Source: Mytilus edulis
Taxonomy: Eukaryota
Length of the DNA stretch: 64,000 bases
Direction of reading: 5' to 3'
Assembly (NCBI RefSeq): GCF_963676685.1
Contig: NC_092348.1
Span: 81,034,001 to 81,098,000 of the forward strand
Positions 51,129-64,000 of this stretch are shown here, piece after piece; positions within the stretch are counted from its first letter, which is position 1; each line of letters opens with the position of its first letter. The translations under genes were made by a program, and so were the position numbers. The notes beneath the pieces were generated by a model. That model was not told the DNA's origin and searched no databases. It worked only from the letters and a program-made list of their open reading frames with translations.

Positions 51129-51619
51129 TTAACTCATCAGATGTATACAAATAGAAATGCATCTAAAAACACTAGACGCCCACGAGTACGTATACACGTA
51201 TGATACGGTGCTTTTTGTCCGCAATTCGCTTTTTGTCCGCTTTTGCTTTTTGTCCGATAATTTTGCTTTTTGTCCGAAACTTTTGCTTTTTGTCCGTTGC
51301 TTTTTGTCCGTTTTGCCTTTTGTCCGATTATTTTGCTTTTTGTCCGAAACTTTTGCTTTTTGTCCGTTGCTTTTTGTCCGTTTTGCCTTTTGTCCGATTA
51401 TTTTGCTTTTTGTCCGAAACTTTTGCTTTTTGTCCGTTGCTTTTTGTCCGTTTTGCTTTTTGTCCGATAATTTTGCTTTATGTCCGATATAAAATGTGTA
51501 TATTTTTGGCAGGTTTCATTTTGAACTTCAAAATACCATGTCCTTTTAGGAGTTAAATACAGACCATACTCACATTATAAATGATTTGTACATGAAATTT
51601 CATGTCTTTTACAATATAT

Positions 51620-54250
51620 CGCATTACCTCTAAAATGGCTCAAAGCACTAATATCCTAGACCCGTAGGTGTTGGTCAACAGAGGGCAAGGGGAATACTCT
51701 TGTATATCCCTTAGTCTAAAAAACAACTATTGAAAGCTGGCTAAACTAAGACATACTCCAGGTAGGCCATTATACCAGAAGAAGAGGTAGTCAAACCCTT
51801 ATAAATGGCTTATAGCACTTATGTCCTGGATCTACACGAGTTTATCAGCAACGAATTAAAAGGGACATGAGTTTCGCCGGTATATCACGAAGTAAAAATA
51901 AACCTCATTATTGCCAGCTATTCAAACTAAGAGATTCTCCACGTTGGCCATTATACCAGAGGTATAGGTAGGCAGTGCCTCTTAAATGGTCCATGGGCCA
52001 TGGCACTTATGTCCTCGACCCGTACGAGTTGGTCAGAAGAGGGTAAGGGGAATACTCTAGTATATCACACAGTCCACCAAAAATAGTGACGGCTGCCCAA
52101 ACTAAGACATTTTTAGGTGCGCCCTTATACTAGATGTTGGAGTAGTCATTCTCTTAAAAATGGCTCATAGCACTTATTCTATAGACCCGAACGAGTTTGT
52201 CAACAATGAGTTAAAAGGGGGATGAATTAGCCCGGTATATAACGAAGTTGAAATAAACTGTTGCCCGCTGGCTAAACTAAGAAATTATCCACGCGGGCCA
52301 TAATATAAGAGGTCGAGGAAGGGATTGTCTCTATAAAATGACCATGAGCACGTATGACCTAGACCCGTACGAGTTAGTCAGCAAAGTGTAAGGTTGGTAC
52401 CCTAGTATATAATAAGTCGAACTAAACTATTGCTGGATGGCTAAGAGATTCTCCGCGTGGGCCATGATACCAGAGGTAGAGGTTGTCATTGCCTCTAAAA
52501 TGGCCTAAATCACTTATTCCCTAGAGAAGTACGCGGTATCATCAAAGGGTTTAAAAGGGAGTTGGAACCTCTGTTTACAAAGAAGTCGAAATAAATTATT
52601 GCCGGCTTGCTTAAGTACGAGATTCTCCAAGTTGGCCATTAATCCTAGGTTAAATGTGTGCATTGCCTTTTAAATGGCTGAAAAAACTAACGCCCTAGAC
52701 CTGTACGAGTTTGTCAGCAAAAGGTTAAAGGGGGGATGCGATGCCTCTTTTTACAACGAAAATATAAATTAAGCCGACTGGCCTAACTAAGAGATTCTAT
52801 ACGCGGGGTATTATATCAGAGGATGAGGTAGGCATTACCTCTAACATTGCCATAACACGTATGTCCCAGACCCGTGTAAGTTAATCAGCAAAGGGTAAGG
52901 GGGGTACCTAAGTATATCACAAAGTCGAAATAAACTATTGCTGGCTGGCTAAACGAAGAGATTCTCCACATGGGCCATGATACCAGAGGTAGAAGTGGCC
53001 ATAGCCTCAAAAATGGCCACTTATGCCGTAGACCCGTACCAGTGCTTCAGCAAAGTGTTAAAAGGGGGAGGTGGTATCTATGTTTACAACGAAGTCGAAA
53101 TGAATTATTGCATGCCGGCTGGCCAAACAAAGAAATTCTCCACATAGGCCATTATAACAAAGGTAGTGGTGGACATTGCATCTAAAATGGCCCATACTTC
53201 TTATTCCATTGATCTGTACGAGTTTGTCAGCAAAGGGTAAGGAGGGTACCCTGGTATATAACAGAGTCGAAATAAACTATTGCCGGATGGCCAAAAATAA
53301 AAGATGATCCACGTTTATCATGATACCAGAGGTAGAGGTGGGCCTTGCCTTTAAAATGGTTTATATCACTTATGCCAGCAAAAGGAAAGGAGGGTATTCT
53401 AGTATATCGCAAAGTCGTTATGAAATATTGCCGGCTGTTCAAACTACGAGATTCACCACATGGGCCATGCTACCAGAGGTATAGGTGGTCATTGCCTTTA
53501 AAATAGCCTATAGCACTTATATGGCATATACCCGTACGAGTTTGTCAGTAAAGATCTAAAATGAGGAGGTGGAACCTCTGTTCACATTAAAGTCAAAATA
53601 ACTGTAGCCGGTAGGCCAAACTCCGGGATTCTCTACGTGGATCATTATACCAGAGGTAGAGGTTTATTTCGACTTCGTTGTAAACAAAGGTAACACCTTT
53701 TATTTTTAACCCCTTGCAGGCAAAATCGTACAGGTCTTTGGAATTAGTGTTATATGCCATTTTAAAGGCAATTACCATATCTATCTCTGGTAAAATGGCC
53801 TACGTGGAGAACCTCTTAGTTTGGCCAGCCGCCAATACTTTATTTCGACTTTGTTGTAAACAGAGGTACCATCTCCCCCTTTTGATTCATTATTGTCAAA
53901 CTCGTACGGGTCTAGGGCATAAGTGCTATAAGAAATTTGTATGGCAATGCCCTCCTCTATCTCTGGTAAAATGGCCTACGTGGAGAATCTTTTAGTTTGG
54001 CCAGCCGGCAATTATTAAAGTGTATTTCGACTTCGTTGCAAACAGAGGTACCACCTTACCCTTTTAATTCATTGTTGTCAAACTCGTACGGGTCTTGGGC
54101 CTAAGTGATCTGTGCCTTTTTTAAGGCAATGCCTACTTCTACCTCTGGCATCATACCCCACGTGGAGAATCTCTTGGCCAGCCGGCAATTGTTTATTTCG
54201 ACTTTTTTATATACCAAGGTACTTCCCTAACCCTTTGCTGACTTACTCGC
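51620..54250. repeat. Satellite array of diverged ~170-180-bp monomers; orientation inverts at 53662/53663
   Basis: Recurring AACTAAGAGATTCTCCACG..GGCCATTATACCAGAGGTAGAGG...CTAGACCCGTACGAGTT. About 12 forward and 3.5 reverse units. Confidence 0.85.
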
Positions 54251-55038
54251 TGGCTTATCCCTTATTGTAAGTAAGTAAGTTCAATAAATATAAGACTATA
54301 TGCCAGGTCTTTCTGACAACCAATTACAAACAAATTGGGGTTTATCTAATGAGGCTTTTCCCAGGATGCAATTGCTCGTAGACTGTATACAGTTGACCAA
54401 ATAATCCACAAATTCCGCAAAAGGATCTTTTAATTAAAGGCCATGTCCATTTAGACATTAAGCAACAAAAGCCCAGCATGACCGATGCATTTGTCTTTAA
54501 CATCTCCGATATTGATTCCGCGTGGCCTTCCAATTGACATGAGTGTCCATTGGTGTTCATTGTTAAACCTTTGGAGCTATATCAGTTTGTGTGGAAATTA
54601 AGAGCACGATGACCTTCCCTTGGTGATAACAACATGACCAACAACCATATCGTGTGTTACCAAAAGCCGTCAGCGATAGTCACACCGACAATTTGCTACC
54701 TTCGTGGACAAAAGCCTGGCTTTTCGCTGGATCCTAATTAACATCTAGTGTTGTCACTACCATTTGCTGTAGAGATTTAGTTGCACAACATAACAGAAAC
54801 ATTCTTTGTAAATACTCTATGTTGATATTTTGACATTTGGATGGTTCATATACCAATTGTAGCCGAAAAATGATAATGAAACATTTCTGTTTAATATCGA
54901 TCTATTGTTGGAATTGTAAATTTTCATATTCAATTTTTGTTTGTTTAAAGATGACCATTTTAAATAAAGATTTTAATTTTTTAAAAAGCAAGTGTTAGAC
55001 TTGTGCTTTTATTGCCACTCAGTTCATATAACCTGTCA

Positions 55039-56134
55039 TTTTAGTCGAGCCTGTAACTTTTGTTGCAGAAAGCTCGACATATGAATAGTGATCCGGCGGC
55101 GGCGGCGGCGGCGTAAGTTAACTTCTGAAAAGCTTAATATTTTAGAAGGTGGAAGAATTGGATGCTTCATACTCTGTATATAGATGCCTCATGTTACGAA
55201 GTTTCTGTCAGTCAAATGTCCAATGTCCTTGACCTCATTTTCATGGTTCAGTGATCACTTGAAAAAAAAGTTCAGAATTTTTGTAATGTTGAATTCTCTC
55301 TTATTATAAGTAATAGGATGACTATATTTGGTATGTGCGTACCTTGCAAGGTACTCATGCCCGTCAGACAGTTTTCACTTGACCTCGACTTCATTTCGTG
55401 GATCAGTGAACAAAGGTTAGAATAAGTTTTGGTGGTCAAGTCCACATCTCAGATACTATAAGCAACAGGGCTAGTATATTCGGTGTATGGAAGGACTGTA
55501 AGGTGTACATGTCCAACTGGCAGGTGTCATCTGACCTTGACCTCATTTTCACGGTTCAGTGGTTATAGTTAAATTTTTCTGTCTTGGTCTGTTTTTCTCA
55601 TACTTTATGCAATGAGTCTACAATATTTGTTGTATGGAATGATTGTAAGGTGTACATGTCTAGCGGGAAGATATCATCTGACCTTGACCTCATTTTCATG
55701 GTTCAGTGGTCAAAGTTCAGTTTTTGAGTTTTGGTCTTTTTATCTAATATTATATGCCAAAGGTCACTATATTTGGTGCATGAAAATATCTTATGATCTA
55801 TATATAAGTCTCCCAGGTTTTATTTGACCATGACCTCAATTTCACGGTTCATTGCACAGTGTTAAGTTTTTGTGTTTTGGTCTGTTTTTCTTAAACTATA
55901 AGTAATAGGTCAAGTATATTTGTTGTATCGAAGAATTGTTAGCTGTTCATGTCTGCCTGGTATGGTTCGTCTGACCTTTACCTCATTTTCATAATTCATT
56001 TGGTCTTTGTTTAGCTATCTTGGTTAATGTTAAGTTTATGTGGCAGTTGTAATAAATCTTTATACTTAGGGCTATCAACATAATATGAATGATGAGTAAA
56101 GTAGGCGAGACATTTCAGTGTGTGCACTCTTGTT
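55039..56134 (-). mobile_element. HINE/Helentron-like element with TGACCTTGACC internal repeats
   Basis: Terminal GTCGAGC...GCTCGAC hairpin, (GGC)n microsatellite, repeated ATCTGACCTTGACCTCATTTTCATGGTTCA and a CTCTTGTT end. Confidence 0.65.
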
Positions 56135-57577
56135 TAAATGTGCTTATTTATCCGAGTCCTGGACTGCATTCCAGTGGCTTTCATTCGTTTACTTTTGTGT
56201 AAATTTTATACAGATCAGTATTTTTTCAAATGTTTTACCAATATTTTAGCTGCATGTAACATCTTGAACACTCAGAACAGCAAAACAAAATTTAGATTTC
56301 AGAAATAAATAGCCTTTAGTCATCGACGAATAGCCGATGATTTCAAGAGTTGTTTCCGTTAAAGGATGATTCTTTTTTTTGTGTGCAATACTTGCTCTTT
56401 CGGAGGCTCGAGGGTAATTTCAGCAAAAATTTTATCATTTTTGTTTTCATTACAAATTTTATTTATTACACTATTAGTTATAACTTTATGAATTGGCTCA
56501 AAAATCAACCCAAAAAATCGAATGATTTTGGCCTCAGATTTATTTTTCAAATGTTTATATCACTGTAAAAGCTCCAAATTGTCTCCCTTTAGTGCAATAA
56601 TGACATTTTGTTTTGGCATTAGAATTAAAATGTCTTTTTCAACTCATCGGTGACCTATAGATATTTTTCAAATATGCTTTACGGAAACTAAACAGTTGTA
56701 AAATTAAATCGATTTCTGTAATTTAGTTCTTTTTTTATTTCGATATATATATCTCTCTATTTCTCCTATTAGTTCAACTTAAAAAAAAAGTACCTTAACA
56801 AAAATGGTTGCTTCTTTCGAGGGCAGATTGTGAGCTTAAGTGAACGATAACCCCATGTTTTTATTTGATTTTTCTATTTAGTATATGATAAAAGTTCATC
56901 TATAGAAAAACAAGCAAAATCCTACATGTATATTTAAAAAATAATGGATTAATACCCTCCAGTCCCCTTAACGACAAAAAAAATAAATAGAACATTACGT
57001 TTAAGTATCACCTACAGTATTTTACAACCTCCATTGGTGATACATTATATGTATTTCTGCTGTTGTTTTATATAAGTTATTGTCCTGAATTTTTGCGTTT
57101 TTGCGTTTCAGTTTTTATTGTGAAATTTCTTCAATCAGCCAAGACAAACTTTAAATTTCGCCTTAACGATGTTTTCGCGAGAAATCCATGTATTATTATC
57201 GAATTACTGCATTTAATCATTGTCTAGTGCCCTAAAATGAGATTTTCCGAGACGCTGGGTTTGAAATTTGGATACCCTATTTAATTTAAACAATATTTGC
57301 AATCTTTTCAAAAAGATGCAGATGGGAATGTTCGTTCCTTATGAAAGTGTTCTCAAGGAGTTAAATTATAAACTCCTTATAGGATTATCAAAAAGCTACT
57401 ATTAAGGACCCCCTTGGAATAAAGATCTTCCAAGACAACGTGTTCGAGAGTTTGAGTTTAATACATGACTTTTTAAAACTTAATGGACGGAGCAGGATTA
57501 TCTTACTCTTCCAGTTAACCATACATCATCACAGTTGCATTGGTTCTTGTTGCTCAGATTTTAAATTTCAATGATTT

Positions 57578-58032
57578 CGTCCGAGACCACAATTGTCGTC
57601 CCTTGATTTTCGTTATTAGTCCCTAGTGATAACAGTGGGTTACTTGCCAATAATTTTTATACCCCTTCCAAATTTATTTCTCCTTGTTTAATGCCTCACA
57701 TTGTAAGTAGGGGGAGGGGGGGGGGGGGTGAAATTACACTGTAAAAAAATTTGGGTCCAGAATTTTACAGGAAAGTAGTGATTTGGTCCAGCTGAAAAAG
57801 GTTAAAAATTAGCACTTCGGAAGCTGTCAAAAGATTTCAAGACACCCTAAACACAAAATTGTCCATATTTTGAGTTAGACGCGATGAAGTTTTCTATAAT
57901 TTTGATATAATTTGTGTCAAAATTAGTACAACACACTGTTAAAGTTTCATTGAGAAAGCGCAGGTGGGATTTTTTTAATTTTCATTTATGTTCTAAAAGA
58001 AATGCACTACGAACTAATTGTGTTCTCGGACC
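57578..58032. mobile_element. MITE with short TIRs
   Basis: GTCCGAGACCACAATT ... AATTGTGTTCTCGGAC. Confidence 0.55.
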
Positions 58033-58294
58033 ATTTGTTTTGTGGACTGTTGTGTATCTTGTTGTTTTTCATTCAGCTGCGGCTTTGTTGGTTTGTTTCA
58101 ACCCTTTTTAGTGTGATTATCCTTTGGTACACTTTGCCTCTCTCTTATATATGATATCGCAATAATTATATATATGTAAGCGTTCATATACATTTATATG
58201 GATACAATATTGAATTAAAATAGATATAATAATTAGATGAGTGAAAAAAAAGAAAATGAAGTAATAATTGTACGTGTGAGGAGTTGGCATTCTT

Positions 58295-59320
58295 ATAAAA
58301 AAGAAGATGTGGTATTATTGCAAATGAGACAACTATCCACAAAAGACCAAAATGACACAGACATTAACAGCATTAGGTCACCGTACGGCCTTCAACAATG
58401 AGGAAAGCCCATACAGCATAGTCAGCTATAAAAGGCCCCGATAAGACAATGTAAAACAATTCAAACGAGAAAACTAACGGCCTTATTAATGTCAAAAAAA
58501 TAAATGAAAAAACAAATATGTAACACATAAACAAACGACAACCACTGAATATACAGGCTCCTGACTTGGTACAGGCACATACATAAATAATGTGGCGAGG
58601 TTACAGTCTTTTACACTAGAAATATTTTAGATCTTGTTATATAGACTAATTCTTATTCATTCTGGTCGTAAGTTAGTCTGTCATCCTCAAACGTGTGAGC
58701 AATGGTGTACGTACACCAATTTGTAGAATACATGGGATATTCAAAGACTTAAACGAACGTTAAGTCTCAGAGGCATGACTTTTTATTAGTTGTTAGTGGC
58801 TTTGAAATAGCTGTCAGATAACTGCGAGTACTCTCAGATCTGTTCATTGTGACTTTTTGTGTCGGGATGTATAAGTACCCGGCCACGTCCACTTGTATTT
58901 GTGTCTATCTGATGAGTTAAGCCCTTTTCAACTGATTTTTATAGTTCGTTCTTATGTTGTACTGTTATACCACTGTCCCAGGTAAGGGGGGGGGGGGGAT
59001 CCCGCTAATATGTTTAACTCCGGCACATTATTTAAATCTGTGCCTGTCCCAAGTCAGGAGCCTGTAATTCAGTGGTTGTCGTTTGTTTATGTGTTGCATA
59101 TTTGTTTTTCGTTCATTTTTTTACTTAAATAAGGACGTTAGTTTTCTCGTTTGAATTGTTTTACATTGTCTTATCGGGGCCTTTATAGCTGACTATGCGG
59201 TATGGGCTTTGCTCATTGTTGAAGGTCGTACGGTGACCTATAGTTGTTAATGTTTGTGTCATTTTGGTCTTTTGTGGATAGTTGTCTCATTGGCAATCAT
59301 ACCACATCTTCTTTTTTATA
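58295..59320. repeat. Inverted pair of an abundant interspersed repeat (58295-58605 +; ~58775-59320 -)
   Basis: AAAAGAAGATGTGGTAT..TTG.CAATGAGACAACTATCCACAAAAGACC... and its reverse complement. Further copies at ~16290 and ~50480. Confidence 0.75.
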
Positions 59321-60329
59321 TGCTCGAAACTTTAGAATAGTTTAGAAATTTATCAAATCAAATAATCCTTGAGTGATGGTTTCGTTATTGAAATTCTAAA
59401 TTGATGTTTAACCGCGCTAAATATTATATATGATAATCATACGAATAAGTCAGGAACGGAGTTTCAATCTGTAATTCAATAGTTGTTGTTTGTTTCTGTA
59501 TTTGTTTGTCGTATAGTGTTTTGTAAATCAATGGTTTTCTCGTTTGAATAGTTTTATCATTATGTTAAATGGTGTCGGCGTTTGCTACATGTGGAAGTGC
59601 ACACATTTACGACATGTTATTGCTTAAACGCACAGTTGCTTCTTCCCGCTAATAATATATAATCACCATTTGCACTTATATGCGAATGGCCGATTGACAG
59701 TCGCTCCAAAAATATTTTGCAACATTTCAGTTAAAAAAAACCTTTTTTATGTCTGGTAATATTTTCGTCATATTTCCAACAACTTTATTTGTCTTAAACA
59801 TTACAAATATTACAAATATAACAAACAAACAAACTTCATTTTTGGAACACTATCACAAAGTTTACGTAATACATGTGTAGCTATTTATTTAGATAAACTG
59901 TATTAATCCATACATTTCGGAATTATTTAGCAACTATATCCAAATGACGAGGAAGTTCGAGGTTATTCAAGTAATAAGATTAAGGAAACTTTGGTTAACA
60001 CAACAGCATTTTCAACAAAGTAGTTTATTTTTGTTTGACAAACTCGAAAAGAGGGGGAAAAGTAATAAAATGGTTACTTAAGCATTTACTAAATTTTAAT
60101 CACGAAATAAATGCGTTTAATATTTTAGATACAGATACAATATAGTGCATTCGTAAATGTAAAACACTTTTTAATAGAAAATTTAAAAGAGATACATCAA
60201 CAGTGTTTATTTTAGAATTGCTCAAGTCTGTAGGGCTTATTCCCGATTGTCCCACTTTTTTTTAAATTAAGAGCTCATATTGTCCCACATGAAAAGTTCT
60301 GACTGGTCCACATTATTTTATGAGGCGAA

Positions 60330-60620
60330 ATGTTCTTATCCCTTGTTAGATTGTCTCTATGGTTTTGTTTCAGATATATAAGCCAAAATCTACATTTTAT
60401 GCGATGCTCTTCTTTTAGACATTGCGGCCATCTTAATTATTGGGCGGGGTCATCGGATACTTTTTTGAAACTAAATACCCTAAGGATGATTTTGGCCATG
60501 TTTGCTTTAATTTTGCCAGTAGTTTCAGGAGAGAAGATTTTTGTAAAAATTAATGACGACGACGAATAATGAGAAAATGAGAAAAGCTCACTTAGTCCTA
60601 TGGTCCAGGTGAGCTAAAAA
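60330..60620 (+). mobile_element. 3' fragment of the HINE-like family seen at 4807-6538, abutting the right TIR
   Basis: GGCCATCTT...CCAGTAGTTTCAG.GAGAAGATTTTTGTAAAA...GACGACGAC...AAAAGCTCAC..GTGAGCTAAAAA. Confidence 0.65.
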
Positions 60621-61499
60621 GCAAAACGGACAAAAAGCAACGGACAAAAAGCAAAAGTGTCGGACAAAAAGCAAAATTATCGGACAAAAAGCAAAACGGA
60701 CAAAAAGCAACGGACAAAAAGCAAAAGTATCGGACAAAAAGCAAAATTATCGGACAAAAAGCAAAACGGACAAAAAGCAACGGACAAAAAGCAAAAGTAT
60801 CGGACAAAAAGCAAAATAATCGGACAAAAAGCAAAAGCGGACAAAAAGCAAATCGCGGACAAAAAGCACCGTATCACACGTATATATACACACAACAGAA
60901 AGACACTAAGTACATACCTAAAAGAAATGGCAGTTAATTTAACATATTCATATTTATTTATAGTGTATTGGGAAACAAGTAATGGCAACTTATATCAATT
61001 CCTTCCCACTTTGCGGGTGCGAGTGCTGCTTTGTAGCGGCCGCATTAGCCTCCCTTTTTTCGAAATCTTCAAGTGTGTCTTTTACGTGCAAGAGAATGCT
61101 CTTTCTTAACACGGGTCAGCCAATTGTCGACCCCTTCCGATGGACTTTCATCGTTTCTCAAGTCCATCCTCGCAAATTGTAATCGCAGTTATTGACAGCT
61201 ATTTTAAAGCCAATAACAACTAATGAAAAATCATGCATTTATGACTAAAATATCAATCAGTACACATCCAACGTCCATTTGATATACAAATGTAACTGTA
61301 TTCAGACGTCGTTAACAGTCAGAGAAAAACATGACCTTGTGAATGTCAATTATATAATCAGATACAGGTATGGACAGATTTTAGAGCGATGAATGTGCAT
61401 AAAATGTCTAATATAATATTTAGTTTGATTTTAATTTACTGACATCAAAATCAATGTTAATACCAATAAAAACAATACATGTATACAAATATTTTATTG

Positions 61500-62720
61500 C
61501 AGTGTTGAATTAGAAACCTTATAGAATTAGTTTACTAGTATTTGAAGGATCGAAAATTTTACACGGATCGTTTCCAAATTTCACGGCTAGATCAACAACA
61601 TCTCCGTAAAAATGCAGATGAGCTATCCCATTTGAAATAAGTTTTTACAGGAACAACCAAGCTTCAAAAACAAATCTTTATATCTATAAATCCATGCCTT
61701 GATGATTTACCAGTAATACAAAGATTACTTTCATTGAAATATAAAAACGTTACAAAAGACACGGGCACAGTGAACTAGTTGTGATATATAAACACCATAA
61801 GATGGTACCAAAGGAACATCCCCGTTAGATGGTGCCCGTTGAAAGGAACATCACCGTCCAAAAAAGGAAAACTAACGAAAAGGAACGAAACAAAGTGTTG
61901 TTGAATTTACCAATAAAATACAATTTAGACGGGTCTTTATTGATGAGTCTAGTCATAAATTGTGATTCATAACCGTGCAAGAACAAGTCCGCCTTTAAAT
62001 GTGCACAGTTGGTGCCCATAGGAATACCTATAAACTATCGATAAACTTTATTGTCGAAACGTACATTAATATTATCAAAGAGAAAATTAACAGCTTCAAA
62101 TATCTCATCACACCTCCAGTAAGAATATCTAGCATATTTAACTTTCTCATTAGTGCAGAGCTTCAATGAGTTGCTGCAAATAAACCCCGCAGCATTTTTG
62201 CGCATGTCGCAATGCAGGAGCATCTGGCCTTAGTTAGTCTTGTATGATTTTTTTAATTTTAGTTCATTTATATATTTCGGAGTTTAGTATGACGTCTATT
62301 AGCACGGAACTAGTACACATTTTTGTCTAGGGTCCAGCTGAAGAACGCTTCCGGTGCGGGATTTTCTCGCTTTATTAAGATACCCATTGGTGGCCTCCAG
62401 CTGTTTTCTGCTCTTTGGTCGGATTGTTGTCTCTTTAAAAAAAACTCCTCATTAAGGGAACGAAACAAAGTCTTGCTGAATTTATCAATTAAATGCAATT
62501 TAGACGGGTTTAGATTGATAAGTTTGGTCACAAATTGTGATTCATAACCGTGCAAGAACTAGTCTGCCTTTAAATGTGCACAGTTGGTGCCCATAGGAAT
62601 ACCTACAAACTATCGATAAACTGTATTGCCGAAACGTTCATGAATATTATCAAAGAGAAAATTAACAGCTTCAAATATCTCATCACACCTCCAGTAAGTA
62701 TATCTAGCATATTTACCTTT
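61500..62720 (-). mobile_element. Penelope-like RT remnants, locally duplicated (~575-bp offset)
   Basis: AVNFLFDNINVRFDNKVYR..GIPMGTNCAHLKADLFLHGYESQF appears twice (~61880-62130 and ~62455-62720). Confidence 0.72.
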
Positions 62721-63479
62721 TTCATTAAAGAGTTGCTGCAAATAAACACCGCCGCATTTTTGTGCCTGTCGCAAGTCAGGAGCATCTGGCCTTAGTTAGT
62801 CTTGAATTATATTTAATTTTAGTTCATTTATAAATATATTTCGGAGTTTAGTATGACGTACATTATGACCGTGAACTAGTACACATTTTTTTCTAGGGAC
62901 CAGCTGAAGCACGCTTCCGGTTGCGGGATTTTCTCGCTGTATTGAAGACCCATTCGTGGCCTTCACGGCTGTTTTCTGCTCTTTGGTCGGATTGTTACGT
63001 TGAAGATCTCTATGACACATTCCACATTTCCATTCTCAATTTCAGTGCATTCAGATTTACCAAACGACCATTTAATCAAATAGGAAACATTTTGTCAGTG
63101 ATAAGATTGTATGAATGTTAAGTAAAAAAAGTTGAAAAGTCAAAATTTTCAACAGAATCATATGGACCATCAAAAGCAAGTAGTTTATCTTAAACATTTA
63201 AAAAGAATTGTTTACAGTCCAAAAAAAGTAAATTCTATCTTTATTTCAAAAATCATGGTTTAACAGATTTTCTTTTAACTGTACCATTGTATTTTCCCAA
63301 AAAGAAATAGGACAAAATGCAGTTGAATCTTTATTTCAAATATCACAGTTAATAAACAAATTTATTTTAAAAACGTAGAATTGTAATTTTCCAAACAATC
63401 TAATTTAGTACAGGTTAAAATCTACACTAGACCAAATTGGGCAAACTTTGATACTAACATATACACATCAACGTTAAAA

Positions 63480-64000
63480 CAAGAGCTGGAATGCGAAAGA
63501 CGAAGAAAAGAAACTAGCGTGGAGGAACGTATCAAATTTCTCGAAAAATCCATTCACAAGGCAGGAAAAAAATTCATACCCAAATATAGGCAACTCAAAA
63601 GTCTAAAAACAGTAGGCAAGGCTATTTGAAACAGAAAAATAAGCGAAGCATCTAGAGATTCAAAGAATGCCCATACTTCATGGAAAAGGAAAATTAATAG
63701 TCATCAAAATGCTGATACGGAAAAAATCAATCTCACTAGCAAAAAGCGAAAATTATTTTAAAGACAGCTACAAAGACAAGCCTACCAAGAAAGAAAAAAA
63801 TATCAACAATATCATGCAAGCCTCCCAGGCCAGAAAGACAACAAAACCTTTCATAAACTTGTCAAACAACAAAGATCGAAACTTGATACCAACACAGATA
63901 TATTATATATTGGAAACCAAGCATTTGAAGGAGAAAAGATTCTATCAGCCTGGCAAACACATTTTGAAACACTGGGAACACCAAACTTTGATGAAAATTG
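63480..64000 (+). mobile_element. Degenerate non-LTR ORF2 fragment (endonuclease-RT linker), running off the window edge
   Basis: DNKTFHKLVKQQR...ILSAWQTHFETLGTP resembles the pre-RT linker of LINE ORF2. Stops are present. Confidence 0.5.

Larger units (their letters stand above)
51202..60875. mobile_element. 9.7-kb foldback-type (FB/MULE-like) non-autonomous element with modular TIRs and 8-bp TSD ACACGTAT
   Basis: The left TIR GATACGGTGC(TTTTTGTCCG..)n at 51202-51488 is mirrored at 60616-60875. ACACGTAT lies at 51194-51201 and 60876-60883. Confidence 0.85.

Noticed and set aside
51157-51556. Overlapping F/L/C-rich ORFs (and the K-rich mirror ORFs at 60598-61109)
   Set aside because: These are translations of the stop-free TTTTTGTCCG TIR modules, not genes.
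51202-54250. CRISPR-like appearance of short repeats and periodic motifs
   Set aside because: There are no unique spacers and no cas genes, and the context is eukaryotic. These are TIR modules and a satellite.
58900-58950. CTGATGAG as a further hammerhead (also ~38560 and ~51132 on the minus strand)
   Set aside because: No stem II followed by GAAA and no cleavage triplet with pairing arms could be found.

Overview
AT-rich eukaryotic genomic DNA. The repeat families and a 354-nt hammerhead repeat suggest a bivalve, probably a Mytilus-type mussel (inference). I assembled by hand two tandem paralogous minus-strand genes, each with five coding exons, GT-AG introns and identical intron phases (2,1,0,1). 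Gene A spans 13019->1398 (545 aa) and gene B spans 41746->27132 (690 aa). Both encode an unusual architecture: cytosolic N-tail / TM1 / long N-glycosylation-rich coiled coil / TM2 / conserved ~155-aa cytosolic alpha/beta domain with a TIR/SEFIR-like strand pattern. This resembles a doubly anchored, tetherin-like coiled coil fused to a putative signalling domain. The rest of the window is dense with mobile DNA: a fresh 2.6-unit hammerhead-ribozyme retrozyme array (36469-37392) with decayed copies elsewhere; an internally deleted Ty3/Gypsy LTR element; a 5'-truncated CR1-group LINE; Penelope RT and GIY-YIG remnants; several Helentron/HINE-like elements; Harbinger-like MITEs; hairpin-ended elements; and a 9.7-kb foldback-type element with an 8-bp TSD that carries a ~170-bp satellite array with an internal inversion. 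No database searches were run. Family names come from recognised motifs.
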